Assembly (NCBI GenBank): GCA_963713605.1
Contig: CAVQMO010000001.1
Coordinates: 928,001-992,000 of the forward strand
Length of the DNA stretch: 64,000 nucleotides
Direction of reading: 5' to 3'
DNA from: an uncultured Nitrososphaerales archaeon
GTDB taxonomy: Archaea > Thermoproteota > Nitrososphaeria > Nitrososphaerales > Nitrososphaeraceae
Positions 33,373 to 43,614 of this stretch are shown here, one piece after another. The position numbers were made by a program, and so were the translations under genes. A model generated the notes under the pieces. The model worked only from the letters and a program-made list of their open reading frames with translations, had not been told where the DNA came from and searched no databases. Each line of letters begins with the position of its first letter. The first letter of the stretch is position 1.

Positions 33373-34488
33373 ATGCTAGGCAATCTAATAGGAGAGCGGT
33401 TCATGGCATTGAATTTCGGAGAAAGTCATGGCCGTTGTGTTGGGACAGTAGTAGATGGCTGTCCTGCAGGGCTTCCCCTGGAAGAATCTTTTATCCAGAA
33501 AAAACTGGATTTGAGAAAGCCTGGACTGTCAGTGGTAACTACTCAACGAAAGGAAGATGATATAGTAGAGATTCTTTCCGGGGTTTTTCAAGGTCACACT
33601 AATGGTGGACCGATCTGTATGCTTATATGGAACAAAGACCAAGACTCGCGACCTTACGAGCAGATCAGGACAATCCCCAGGCCGGGTCATTCAGATTATC
33701 CTGCTTCCGTAAAATATGGGGGATATGCAGATTATCGTGGAGGGGGTCGATTTTCAGGACGCCTTACCGCCACTTTTGTGATGGCTGGGGCAGTCGCAGA
33801 GCGATTGTTAAAAGTTGCACTTGGAATCGATACCGTTGCCTACGCTGTTGCAATTGGTAAGGTAAGGTCTAGACACATAGATTTTATGTCTGCATTAAAG
33901 TATCGTTATGAAAATGAGGTAAGGTGTCCTGATACTGAAGCGGCAGAAAAAATGAAGGAGACAATTTTGGCTGCGAAGAAGAGAGGCGATTCGATTGGTG
34001 GTATCATCGAATGTGTTACTAATCGGCTTCCGGTTGGATTGGGTGAACCTCTCTTTAGTTCGCTGGAATCTGATATTAGTAGGGCTCTGTTCGGAATCCC
34101 TTCGGTGAAGGCTGTTGAATTCGGCTCCGGATTTTACGGTTGCACAATTCTAGGTTCAGAAAATAACGACACCTATGTTTTAGAGAAAGGATCAGTAGTG
34201 ACTAGAACCAATAATTCTGGAGGTATCCTGGGTGGACTCTCTACAGGAATGCCCTTGGTAATTAGAATAGGATTTAAACCCCCGTCATCAATAGCACAAA
34301 CACAGGAAACTCTGGATCTCTCTAGTGGAACACAGACTAAATTGAAAGTCCCCGGAAGACATGATCCATGCGTTGTCCCCAGAGCACCACCAGTCGTCGA
34401 GGCTATAGTCTCTCTGGTACTTGCGGATCACGCAATTAGGCATGGTCTCATTTCCTCATCACGTCTGGGGGTGAAACACGATGTCTGA
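33373..34488 (+). CDS. aroC: chorismate synthase
   Basis: FGESHG, PRPGHSD, RGGGRFSGR, NNSGGILGG and GRHDPC. Confidence 0.97.
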   Translation: MLGNLIGERFMALNFGESHGRCVGTVVDGCPAGLPLEESFIQKKLDLRKPGLSVVTTQRKEDDIVEILSGVFQGHTNGGPICMLIWNKDQDSRPYEQIRTIPRPGHSDYPASVKYGGYADYRGGGRFSGRLTATFVMAGAVAERLLKVALGIDTVAYAVAIGKVRSRHIDFMSALKYRYENEVRCPDTEAAEKMKETILAAKKRGDSIGGIIECVTNRLPVGLGEPLFSSLESDISRALFGIPSVKAVEFGSGFYGCTILGSENNDTYVLEKGSVVTRTNNSGGILGGLSTGMPLVIRIGFKPPSSIAQTQETLDLSSGTQTKLKVPGRHDPCVVPRAPPVVEAIVSLVLADHAIRHGLISSSRLGVKHDV

Positions 34489-35881
34489 GAGTGAAGGGGT
34501 AGCGAAAAAAAATAAAGAGCTTAGAGTCCTCCGTTCTGAAATTCAAGAAGTAACGGGCGAAATATTTCAAAAGATCAAACACAGAATGGAACTTGCACAG
34601 AAGATTGGGGAAATCAAGGCCAAGCTTGGAATGGACGTAACCGACGATCAGGTTGAAAGCGAAATAAGAAAATCTGTATTAAGCCTCGCTCACCAAATTG
34701 GTTTGGACCCGTCATATTCCTCTAGATTACTCAATCTAATGCTTATTGAATCAGTTGGTCTTCAAAGAAAACAGAAAACGCTCGAGCAACCAAGTTCACA
34801 TATGGACATTTTAATGAGAGCCAGACAAATCGAAGCATCTGGAAGGCATATGATACACTTGGAAATTGGCGAGCCCGATTTCGGACCTCCACCAAGCATC
34901 AAAGATGCGTTTGCAAATGCGATAAACTCCGGCTACTATCACTATACTGATGCCAGAGGGATCGAAAGGTTAAGGGAGAAGCTGGCCCTAATTCATGGCT
35001 TTACAAAGGAAACGGTAATGGTGACACCAGGTGGACGGTTCGGAGTATATGCATCGATTGCTTCATTGCTCAGGCCTGGAGAGGAGATCGTGGTTATCGA
35101 GCCCTCTTGGCCAGCATATTCAGACTGCGCAGCGTTAAATTCAGTCAAAGTCAAAACTATCAAAACGACCTTCGAAAATCAATGGTCTCCCGACGTTGAC
35201 GAAATAGATGATGCAATAAATGATGCTACGAAGATGATCGTTCTAAATTATCCGAACAATCCTACTGGGAAGATATTGGGCACAGATACGGTTGAAAGGA
35301 TCATATCTTTGGCAAAAGATCATGGCCTTTACATTTTAAGTGATGAAGTATATTCCAAATATTGCATCAAAAAATTCAAAAGTATTTCTGAATATAATTA
35401 TGATAGATCAATTGTTATTGAATCATTTTCCAAAACCTATGCAATGACCGGATTTCGACTCGGTTACGTTTTATCTAGCGCTTTAATTATTAAACAGATT
35501 GCGAAATTGCTGGCATTTGCTATGACAAGCGTAGCTGAGCCACTTCAATATTGTGCACTGAATGCACTCGAAACCGAATACGTGACTAATGTTGAAGAGA
35601 CTAGAATCAGAGTTTATACTTTAGTTGAAAGGCTGAAGCAAATGAATGTGAGTTTCACTATTCCTGATGGATCTATGTATGTGTATCCAAGGATTAATAC
35701 TATAACACTAGATGATAATACCTTAGTTAATCAGTTGTTAGAAAATGGTATTGCAGTCGCACCAGGGAGCGCATTTGGTAGCAGTTATAGTAAATTCATT
35801 AGAATTTCCGCAACTCAATCTGCAGATCAAATCGAAAAAGCAATGGATGTTTTAGAGAATTGTCTATCGATGAAGACATGA
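34481..35881 (+). CDS. chorismate mutase (AroQ) - class I PLP aminotransferase fusion
   Basis: The N-terminal ~95 aa are AroQ-like (LRSEI, RMELAQKIGEIK, ES..LQ). Then HLEIGEPDF, NYPNNPTG, SDEVY and SFSKTYAMTGFRLG. Confidence 0.88.
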   Translation: MSESEGVAKKNKELRVLRSEIQEVTGEIFQKIKHRMELAQKIGEIKAKLGMDVTDDQVESEIRKSVLSLAHQIGLDPSYSSRLLNLMLIESVGLQRKQKTLEQPSSHMDILMRARQIEASGRHMIHLEIGEPDFGPPPSIKDAFANAINSGYYHYTDARGIERLREKLALIHGFTKETVMVTPGGRFGVYASIASLLRPGEEIVVIEPSWPAYSDCAALNSVKVKTIKTTFENQWSPDVDEIDDAINDATKMIVLNYPNNPTGKILGTDTVERIISLAKDHGLYILSDEVYSKYCIKKFKSISEYNYDRSIVIESFSKTYAMTGFRLGYVLSSALIIKQIAKLLAFAMTSVAEPLQYCALNALETEYVTNVEETRIRVYTLVERLKQMNVSFTIPDGSMYVYPRINTITLDDNTLVNQLLENGIAVAPGSAFGSSYSKFIRISATQSADQIEKAMDVLENCLSMKT

Positions 35882-36774
35882 TTAGCTCCTTTCCCATGAG
35901 GAAAGTCGCGGTCATAGGAGCAGCAGGCAGGATGGGAAGATGGTTTACTCACTACTTTGCGCAATCAAATACTGTCAGAGTATCTGTTTACGACAAAAAA
36001 AAATTTGCATTTAGAAACCTACTGTGTGTTGATCGTTGCGAAACAGTTAAAGCTTGTGTGAAGGAGGCCGATTTGGTGATAGTCTGTGTACCTATTAAAA
36101 GCATCGTTTCTGTTGTTCAAGAGTCTCTTAATTACATGAAAGAGGGAGCCATATTAACAGAGATTTCATCCATTAAGAAGCAAATATACAGAGTATTGCG
36201 AGCTGCCAGAAAGGACATTACATGCTTGTGCATCCACCCAATGTTTGGACCGGCTACTAAAAGGTCGAGATTTATTAAGTATTTACTTGTCCCAGTCAGG
36301 AATAGGGCAAAAGAATTAGCTTTTCTCAGTTCTATTTTTCCACGATCGGAAATAGAAGTGATTAGTGATCCAGATCTCCATGACAAGTACATGGCAGTGG
36401 TCATTGGGCTTACCTATTACGTTAACTTAGTATTAGGTTCAATGCTCTCCAAACTCGATCTAGGAACTATGAAAAAGGTCGCTGGGACGAGCTTTGGAAT
36501 GCAGGCCATGATTACTGAAAGTATCATAAACGATTCTCCGGAGCTTGTATCATCGTTATTACGAGAAAACCCCTTCAACAAGACGTATATAACTGGTTTC
36601 CTTGCGGAGGCTAAAAACATACAGAAGTTAGTCTTTGGCAAGGATGAAAAAGCTACTAGAAGAGCCGTTGAGGAAATAAAGACTCGTATAAATAGATTAT
36701 CAGACACCGACAAATCTTATTTGAAATTTTATAGGGCAATAGAATATCTAAAGACATTCGACATCACCAGATGA
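35878..36774 (+). CDS. tyrA: prephenate/arogenate dehydrogenase (TyrA family)
   Basis: GAAGRMG, EISSIK, IHPMFGP and HDKYMA. ATGA overlap with the upstream stop. Confidence 0.9.
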   Translation: MISSFPMRKVAVIGAAGRMGRWFTHYFAQSNTVRVSVYDKKKFAFRNLLCVDRCETVKACVKEADLVIVCVPIKSIVSVVQESLNYMKEGAILTEISSIKKQIYRVLRAARKDITCLCIHPMFGPATKRSRFIKYLLVPVRNRAKELAFLSSIFPRSEIEVISDPDLHDKYMAVVIGLTYYVNLVLGSMLSKLDLGTMKKVAGTSFGMQAMITESIINDSPELVSSLLRENPFNKTYITGFLAEAKNIQKLVFGKDEKATRRAVEEIKTRINRLSDTDKSYLKFYRAIEYLKTFDITR

Positions 36775-36923
36775 AATTGAAGTCGGAACCAAAATGATCT
36801 AAATTAGGTTTATCGGTTTAGGATTCTTGTAGGTGCTCTGGTATCATGACACCGTGAAAGAGGTTCACTTCAAATGTAGCATCACCTGAAAATGCTATTA
36901 TTGAGCGAGCGCTCAGAAATCAG

Positions 36924-37904
36924 ATGAAAATACAGCTAACTCGACATTTAGCATGCGTAAAACACTCTGGGGGCAAGAGAAATTTATCTATTGATTTGCT
37001 CGAATCTAACAACGGAAATGAGTGTTCAGAGGGGTTTCTCAAATGCGAAGAATGCAAACAGTTGTACCCTGTGATTGACGGCGTTGCGTTGTTGTTGGAG
37101 GATGTTGCTGAATACGTATCCTCCAGGCCTTCTTTACTTGGAAAATGGATTCTGTCGAGTAAGACCCCCACGATGAAAGAATATCTGAAAGGGATGAGTT
37201 CAACTCTAACTATTCCAAATAAATCACTAGGGAATAATCTATATGAAGTCGACGGGTCATTATATGAATCTTATAATTGGGCTCAGTTTGACTTTGATAG
37301 TAACGACAGATTTCTCTCGTTACTGAAACACAAGATGTATCCTAACGATCTCTACAATAAGGTAGTCCATAGCACCACGACAAATTTAGATGGGGCTGCG
37401 CTGGACTTGGGATGCTCATCAGGATATGCGGCTTTTCAACTCGCCAAGAAATTTGCATATGTTATTGGAGTAGATCTATCATTTTCTTTTGTTAGTGAAG
37501 CAAGAAGGCGAATGACAGCATTAAGAGTGGGTAATTTAGATTTTGTAGTCGCAGATTGCATAAGGCCTCCATTCCTTCCCAACAAATTTGATCTGGTGAT
37601 TGCATTGAATATCATAGAGCTCATTGATGCTGAACAGTTATTGGATAGAATCCACAAATTGTTAAAGGAAGATGGAGAAGTTGCCTTCTCCTCACCCTAT
37701 GATTACAATAGAACACAACTAGGGAACAGAGTAAATCCTCAGTCATTCAGACAATTAGTGCAAAGATCGGGCTTTAGGATAGGGAGTAGATACGTTACGG
37801 GTGAGTCATTTATTCCTTGGAGTTTGAAGATTAATGAACGGACCTATCTATTTTATTATGTCGATTACCTTAGAGCGCGCAAAGCCTCAAAAGCCAAGAG
37901 ATAG
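36924..37904 (+). CDS. Trm112-like domain fused to class I SAM-dependent methyltransferase
   Basis: N-terminal LAC....EGFLKCEECKQLYPVIDGVALLL; C-terminal ALDLGCSSG, GVDLS and FDLV. Confidence 0.8.
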   Translation: MKIQLTRHLACVKHSGGKRNLSIDLLESNNGNECSEGFLKCEECKQLYPVIDGVALLLEDVAEYVSSRPSLLGKWILSSKTPTMKEYLKGMSSTLTIPNKSLGNNLYEVDGSLYESYNWAQFDFDSNDRFLSLLKHKMYPNDLYNKVVHSTTTNLDGAALDLGCSSGYAAFQLAKKFAYVIGVDLSFSFVSEARRRMTALRVGNLDFVVADCIRPPFLPNKFDLVIALNIIELIDAEQLLDRIHKLLKEDGEVAFSSPYDYNRTQLGNRVNPQSFRQLVQRSGFRIGSRYVTGESFIPWSLKINERTYLFYYVDYLRARKASKAKR

Positions 37905-37988
37905 CATTACGATCTAGGAATATTATCGCTAATAATGGCAGGTGGGCTCACTTGAGGTATATATATTCCAGAAACTGATAGGCATTAC

Positions 37989-38996
37989 ATGAAGGCTCAA
38001 CGATGGCATGACAACGATATCAACTTAGATGATGTTAAGAAAGACAGAATAGCGGTGATCGGGTACGGCATTCAGGGTCGTGCACAGGCTAATAACATGA
38101 AGGATAGTGGATTAGATGTCCTTGTGGGGCTACGTCGAGGAGGGAAGAGTTGGGATCTCGCTGCTAAAGAGGGTCACAAGGTTATGACTGCAGCCGAAGC
38201 CACAAAAGCGGCAAACATAGTTCATGTGTTAGTTCCGGATATGGAACAGAGTATACTGTACAAGACAGAGATAGGACCCAACCTTTCAGAGGGGGCTGCA
38301 CTAAGCTTTTCACACGGTGCGGCGATACAATGGAAGTGGATTGAACCGCCTAGCAATATCGACGTAATAATGGTGGCTCCAAAAGGACCAGGAGAAATGG
38401 TAAGAGAGTTATTTTTGCAAGGATTCGGAACCCCTTCGTTGGTCGCAGTCGAGCAGGATTATTCTACTAGGGCGTGGGGTAGGGTTCTTGGTATTGCGAA
38501 GGCAATTGGCAGTTCGAGACCAGGACTAATAAAAACAACATTTAAGGAAGAGGTTGAGACTGACTGGTTTGGCGAACAGGTGGACTTATGCGGTGGCACT
38601 CATAGCCTCATTATGAATGCATTTGAAACCTTGGTGGAAGCTGGATATCAGCCAGAGGTGGCATATTTTGAATGCTTGCATGAGCTTAAGTTGATAGTTG
38701 ATTTAATCCATAGGTACGGGATAACAGGCATGTACAAGAGAGTTAGTGAAACGGCTCGATATGGAGGCTTGACGAGAGGACCCATAGTTATCGACACAGA
38801 AAGCAAGAAAAAAATGAGGAGGGTCCTCGATGAGATTCAATCAGGCTCGTTCGCAGATGAATGGGTGAGCGTTTATGAGAAGGATGGTAAGAACTCGTTT
38901 GAGACTTTTATGAAAAGGATTCAAAGCCACGACATAGAACGTGTAGGTGTTGAGATGAGAAAGATGATGTGGCCTTACGAAGAACTAACAGATTAA
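37989..38996 (+). CDS. ilvC: ketol-acid reductoisomerase
   Basis: IGYGIQG, MVAPKGPG, TDWFGEQ, AYFECLHELKLIVD and SETARYG. Confidence 0.97.
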   Translation: MKAQRWHDNDINLDDVKKDRIAVIGYGIQGRAQANNMKDSGLDVLVGLRRGGKSWDLAAKEGHKVMTAAEATKAANIVHVLVPDMEQSILYKTEIGPNLSEGAALSFSHGAAIQWKWIEPPSNIDVIMVAPKGPGEMVRELFLQGFGTPSLVAVEQDYSTRAWGRVLGIAKAIGSSRPGLIKTTFKEEVETDWFGEQVDLCGGTHSLIMNAFETLVEAGYQPEVAYFECLHELKLIVDLIHRYGITGMYKRVSETARYGGLTRGPIVIDTESKKKMRRVLDEIQSGSFADEWVSVYEKDGKNSFETFMKRIQSHDIERVGVEMRKMMWPYEELTD

Positions 38997-39029
38997 ACAG
39001 GGAAAAGAAGAACGCCTGCAAACATCAAA

Positions 39030-39452
39030 CTATTTTCTAGTTTTGACATTGCTGGCTATGTAATCAATTATAGTTGGTAATGGGGTTCCAGGTCCAAAGT
39101 TACCCATTATACCCTCGCCTTCGAGGACCTTTTTGTCTGCCTCAGGTATTATGCCTCCGCCTATCAACAAAATATTATTTCCGCCTCTTTCTCTCACTAA
39201 TCTCGCCACCTTGGGAAATAAGGCTGAATGAGCGCCATTTAACAAACTCATTGCAATTACATCCACATCCTCTTCGATCGCGATCTTCGCGACTTGTTCA
39301 GGCGTACAGAATAGGCCTGAATAAATAACCTCCATTCCTGCATCTCGCAGCGCCCTGCAGATCACAAGCGCACCCCTGTCGTGTCCGTCTAATCCCATCT
39401 TGGAAACAAGGATTCTTATTGGTCCTTTATGCTGTTCAGTCTCCTCTAGCAT
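39030..39452 (-). CDS. methylmalonyl-CoA mutase small (cobalamin-binding) subunit
   Basis: GLDGHDRG (DxHxxG), S.L.G and GGGIIP. Confidence 0.95.
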   Translation of the reverse strand: MLEETEQHKGPIRILVSKMGLDGHDRGALVICRALRDAGMEVIYSGLFCTPEQVAKIAIEEDVDVIAMSLLNGAHSALFPKVARLVRERGGNNILLIGGGIIPEADKKVLEGEGIMGNFGPGTPLPTIIDYIASNVKTRK

Positions 39453-39686
39453 ATCAATCTGCTTACTTCATAAAGATGTCGAGAAGTATATCTAATTTTC
39501 GTCTATTGTCTTTGTCGCTCCTGTTCTTCTTCTTCTTCTTCTTCTTGTTGTCACAGTCATTGACATTGTCGTCAAAAGCCCGTTATTTCATGTAAGGCCA
39601 AATACGAGAATTAGTCTGAAATATTGATTTGGTATCTATACCATTTGCTACCAATGAATTTATACCGAATTGGTGATCCCTGAGTC

Positions 39687-40611
39687 ATGCTACAGATAGT
39701 TAAAAGACTACTCGAAGGAGATCGTAGATCTCTGGCTCGGGCAATTTCTAAGGTTGATAATAATGACCCTGATTCTCAGGACATCATTCGCGAGATCTTT
39801 TCCTTGACGGGTAAATCCAGATCTATAGGTTTTACAGGTCCTGCAGGTGCGGGGAAGAGTTCTTTGATAGGAGCATTGGTACACAATTTTCAAACCATGG
39901 GTTATCGAATAGCGTATCCTTGCGGTTGATCCCACTAGCCCTATAACTGGAGGGGCAATCCTAGGAGACCGCGTTAGGATGCAGGTGACTATGGATGATC
40001 AAGATGTGTTTATGAGGAGTTTGGCATCGAGAGGCGCAGTGGGTGGCGTTTCCAATTCGCTTAGGAATGTTATACGGATTCTAGATGTTGCCGGATTCGA
40101 CCTAATCTTAGTCGAGAGCGTTGGAGCCGGCCAGTTAGAAGTTGAAATATCTAGGATCGTAGACATCACAATCGTTGTGTTGACACCTCAGACAGGCGAC
40201 AACGTCCAATCGATTAAGGCTGGCCTTAACGAAATAGGGGAAATCTATGCAATTAACAAGGGCGACCTAGAAGGCTCAGGGAATTTATTCGGTTCCATCC
40301 TAGAATTTGTAGGGGGAACTGACAAGAAACCTTCAGTATTGAAAGTGTCTGCACGAACAGGAGAAGGGGTTAAGGACTTGGCTTCGCATATTGATGAGAA
40401 ATTAATAAGTAACAAAGCAAGCATAATAGAGAAGAGGAAAAGTATGTTGAAGAACGAACTACAAGAAATGGTATTTCGAGTGGTGGAACAGAGGGCTAAG
40501 TCGTTCCTCAAAGACAACCTGGAATACGAGAATTATATATCTATGGTGATTGAAAAGAAGATTGACCCATACCTGGCTGCAGAACGAATCTCGGCTACGA
40601 TTATGAGGTAG
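39687..40611 (+). CDS. meaB: MeaB/ArgK GTPase chaperone of methylmalonyl-CoA mutase, frameshift near 39915
   Basis: GFTGPAGAGKS, AVDPTSP.TGGAILGDRVRM (read across the break), ESVGAGQ and INKGD. Confidence 0.93.
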
Positions 40612-40624
40612 GGAGTAGAGGGGC

Positions 40625-42217
40625 ATGGCCGAATCTAAACCATTTAAGACGGACTCTGGCATAGAGGTAAGGAAAATTTATTCTGATTCTGATATTCAAG
40701 CAAGAAATGTTAGTAGCCTCGGATCTCCTGGAGAGTTTCCATATACCAGGGGAATCTACCCTGAAATGTACCGTGGGAGGCTCTGGACCATGAGAATGTA
40801 TAGCGGCTTCGGCAGTGCGGAGGAGACAAATAATAGATTCAAATTCTTGTTGGAAAATGGGCAGACAGGTCTTTCCCTCGCCTTCGATTTGCCCACTCAA
40901 ACCGGCCGCGATTCTGATAATCCTCAGTCAGAGGGAGAAGTCGGAAGGACGGGAGTTGCAATCAGCTCGTTGAACGATATGATGACCTGTTTCAAATCCA
41001 TACCCCTGGACAGAGTTAGTACATCAATGACCATTAATTCAACTGCCTCCACTCTTCTAGCCCTTTACATTGTGGTAGCGGAGCAGCAGGGTGTTTCACC
41101 TGACAAAGTCAGGGGTACGACTCAAAACGATATTTTAAAAGAATACATATCGCGCAATACGTACATATATCCACCTAGACCGTCCCTTCGGCTGATCGGT
41201 GATATGATTCAATATACTTCAAAGAAAGTGCCGCAGTGGTATCCAATCAGCATTTCAGGTTATCATATGAGAGAGGCTGGGTCAAACGCCATACAAGAGC
41301 TTGCCTTTACATTCGCAAACGCAATAGAGTATATAGACACGTGTCGTCAACGGGGACTGGACGTCGACTCTTTCGCTCCAAGGCTTTCATTTTTCTTCTG
41401 CTGTACAATGGAATTCTTTGAGGAGATCGCAAAATTTAGGGCTGCTCGCAGAATTTATTCGAAGCTAATGAAGGAAAAGTTTGGAGCAAAAGATCCAAAG
41501 TCATGCCATTTAAGATTCCACGTACAAACTAGCGGCGAGTCGCTTACTGCTCAACAAGTAGACAATAACATAGTACGGGTCTCCTTGCAAGCCCTTGCAG
41601 CTGTGTTGGGAGGATGTCAGTCATTGCATACCAATTCACGTGACGAAGCATTGGCCCTACCAACTGAGGAATCTGTGAAGGTTGCATTAAGAACTCAACA
41701 GGTAATTGCCAATGAAACCGGAATTACGAAGACTGTCGACCCTTTAGGTGGATCGTATTATGTTGAGGAGCTTACCGCCACGATCGAGGACGAGGTTCAA
41801 GATTATCTAAATAGGATTGAGTCCATGGGCGGCGCCCTTGCTGCCGTAGAGAAAGGATACTTTCAAGAGGAGATTAGGAAAAACTCTTACAGGTTAAAGA
41901 AAGAGATAGACCAAAATGAGCGAATCATTGTTGGTGTAAATAAATTCCAGGATTTAGGAGACAGGGAACCTCAACTCAACATGATCAAACCTGAAGTAGA
42001 GAAAAAGCAGTTGTTACGGTTGAAGGAATTTAAAGCATCTAGGGACCAAACAAAGGTAGACTCGGTCCTCTCGGAACTCCTCAAGGCTGCGGAGAATGAT
42101 AGTGTAAACTTGATGCCTTATATCATTGAATCAGTAAAAAGCCGTGCCACACTTGGTGAAATTAGCGCTGTTTTTAAGGAGGTGTTTGGAGCCTATCTTC
42201 CAAAGATATCATTCTAA
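40625..42217 (+). CDS. methylmalonyl-CoA mutase large subunit
   Basis: PGEFPYTRG, WTMRMYSGFG, AFDLPT, TQNDILKEY, SISGYH and QSLHTNS.DEA. Confidence 0.96.
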   Translation: MAESKPFKTDSGIEVRKIYSDSDIQARNVSSLGSPGEFPYTRGIYPEMYRGRLWTMRMYSGFGSAEETNNRFKFLLENGQTGLSLAFDLPTQTGRDSDNPQSEGEVGRTGVAISSLNDMMTCFKSIPLDRVSTSMTINSTASTLLALYIVVAEQQGVSPDKVRGTTQNDILKEYISRNTYIYPPRPSLRLIGDMIQYTSKKVPQWYPISISGYHMREAGSNAIQELAFTFANAIEYIDTCRQRGLDVDSFAPRLSFFFCCTMEFFEEIAKFRAARRIYSKLMKEKFGAKDPKSCHLRFHVQTSGESLTAQQVDNNIVRVSLQALAAVLGGCQSLHTNSRDEALALPTEESVKVALRTQQVIANETGITKTVDPLGGSYYVEELTATIEDEVQDYLNRIESMGGALAAVEKGYFQEEIRKNSYRLKKEIDQNERIIVGVNKFQDLGDREPQLNMIKPEVEKKQLLRLKEFKASRDQTKVDSVLSELLKAAENDSVNLMPYIIESVKSRATLGEISAVFKEVFGAYLPKISF

Positions 42218-42407
42218 TGACAAAAGGTTAGAGGGAGTCAGCTCCGTAGCGGTTTCTCTTTTTTGTTAAGATGTCTAACGAGTTTCTGCAAAGGTGAACG
42301 TAAATTCGGATAAATGGTGGATTAAATCTTGACACTTGATAATTTGTGACCAATTTTTTTTGGATATACAAATTAATAACAGACAAAATCATCAGGAGGC
42401 AGATACG

Positions 42408-42809
42408 TTGAGAATTGATCACATCGCCATTGCAGTAAAGGATCTTAAACCAGCTCTGGAGAACTTTAAGAATGTACTTAATATAGGCCATGTGGATTTG
42501 GAAGATGTTCCTGCTGAAAAGGTTAAGGTTGCCATTTTAAAACTTGAAGATACTAGGATTGAGCTGCTGCAACCGCTTGATGATGACAGTCCCATCTCAA
42601 AATTTCTTGTAGAGAAAGGTGAAGGGATTCACCACCTAGCCATAACGGCTGACGATATTGAAAAGGATATTGAGCGTGCTTCCTCTAATGGTGCGAAAAT
42701 TTTAGGCGGAATTCGCAGTGGTTCTTATGGCAGAAAAATAACCTTCATTCACCCAAAGTCAGTCAACGGGGTGCTAATGGAGATATGTCAGGCTCCTCCT
42801 GAATCCTGA
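42408..42809 (+). CDS. mce: methylmalonyl-CoA epimerase
   Basis: IDHIAIAV, IELLQP, GEGIHHLA and FIHPKSVNGVLME. TTG start preceded by AGGAGG. Confidence 0.95.
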   Translation: MRIDHIAIAVKDLKPALENFKNVLNIGHVDLEDVPAEKVKVAILKLEDTRIELLQPLDDDSPISKFLVEKGEGIHHLAITADDIEKDIERASSNGAKILGGIRSGSYGRKITFIHPKSVNGVLMEICQAPPES

Positions 42810-42861
42810 AATGCACTCTGTTAAATTCCATCTCACTCATACAAAATCCTAGGGAGAAATA

Positions 42862-42990
42862 CTAGTTCAGGATACTAATCCAAGCGCAGGATCTGCATTC
42901 CAGAACAATTAACCCCTCTTCTTTTCCAAGAATTTTAAACTTTTTTGATCCGCACTTTACACAGATAGGGCATTGCCTGGCACCTTTCAT
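42862..42990 (-). CDS. 42-aa Zn-ribbon micro-protein (not in ORF track)
   Basis: Manual translation MKGARQCPICVKCGSKKFKILGKEEGLIVLECRSCAWISILN. Co-directional just downstream of nadM. Confidence 0.6.
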   Translation of the reverse strand: MKGARQCPICVKCGSKKFKILGKEEGLIVLECRSCAWISILN

Positions 42991-43023
42991 GTCATTGGAG
43001 CATTGGCTGTTGTCGCCTTCTAC

Positions 43024-43614
43024 TTAATTGCTTTCCTTAAAAGCGGAAGTAGCCAATACACGTTCCTGTTCTATTTTAGTCTTTTTCAATTTCTTTAAAC
43101 GTGAGACCCCATCAATTTCCTTTATGAACAATGATACCGGCGTTGGAACAAGGTCTTGCCAATTGCCGTTTCGAACAATTAGATTTCTCACTCGAGTCCC
43201 GTTGAAAATCTTGTTCTTTACAAAAGTCGGTGATTTGACTTTCACATTTTTAGGTAGGAGGAGTTGCACGAACTGGTTGCCAGAATAGACCGTCGTGACC
43301 TTCGGAATCATGGACCTAATACTCTCAAACCATATGTGGTTATTAGAGCTATTCGGTACAGGAAGTACGTAGCAATTACACATCCTCAGGCCACGTTTTT
43401 TTAGGGTTTCGTGCACCATGGTAATTCTTTCACCTGCGGTGAAGGGGTCGTTAAAAGAAAAATTAGCCTCTGGGCTTCCGATCGCAACAACCAATTCTTC
43501 ACATTCAGAGAGTATTTGTTCTGCAACATTTAGGTGGCCTAGGTGGAAAGGCTGATATCTTCCTATCATTAATCCGCGAATTGTATTGTCTATGAACTCT
43601 AATCCACCTTCCAT
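43024..43614 (-). CDS. nadM: nicotinamide-nucleotide adenylyltransferase
   Basis: IGRYQPFHLGH, PFTAGER and NGTRVR. Confidence 0.93.
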   Translation of the reverse strand: MEGGLEFIDNTIRGLMIGRYQPFHLGHLNVAEQILSECEELVVAIGSPEANFSFNDPFTAGERITMVHETLKKRGLRMCNCYVLPVPNSSNNHIWFESIRSMIPKVTTVYSGNQFVQLLLPKNVKVKSPTFVKNKIFNGTRVRNLIVRNGNWQDLVPTPVSLFIKEIDGVSRLKKLKKTKIEQERVLATSAFKESN

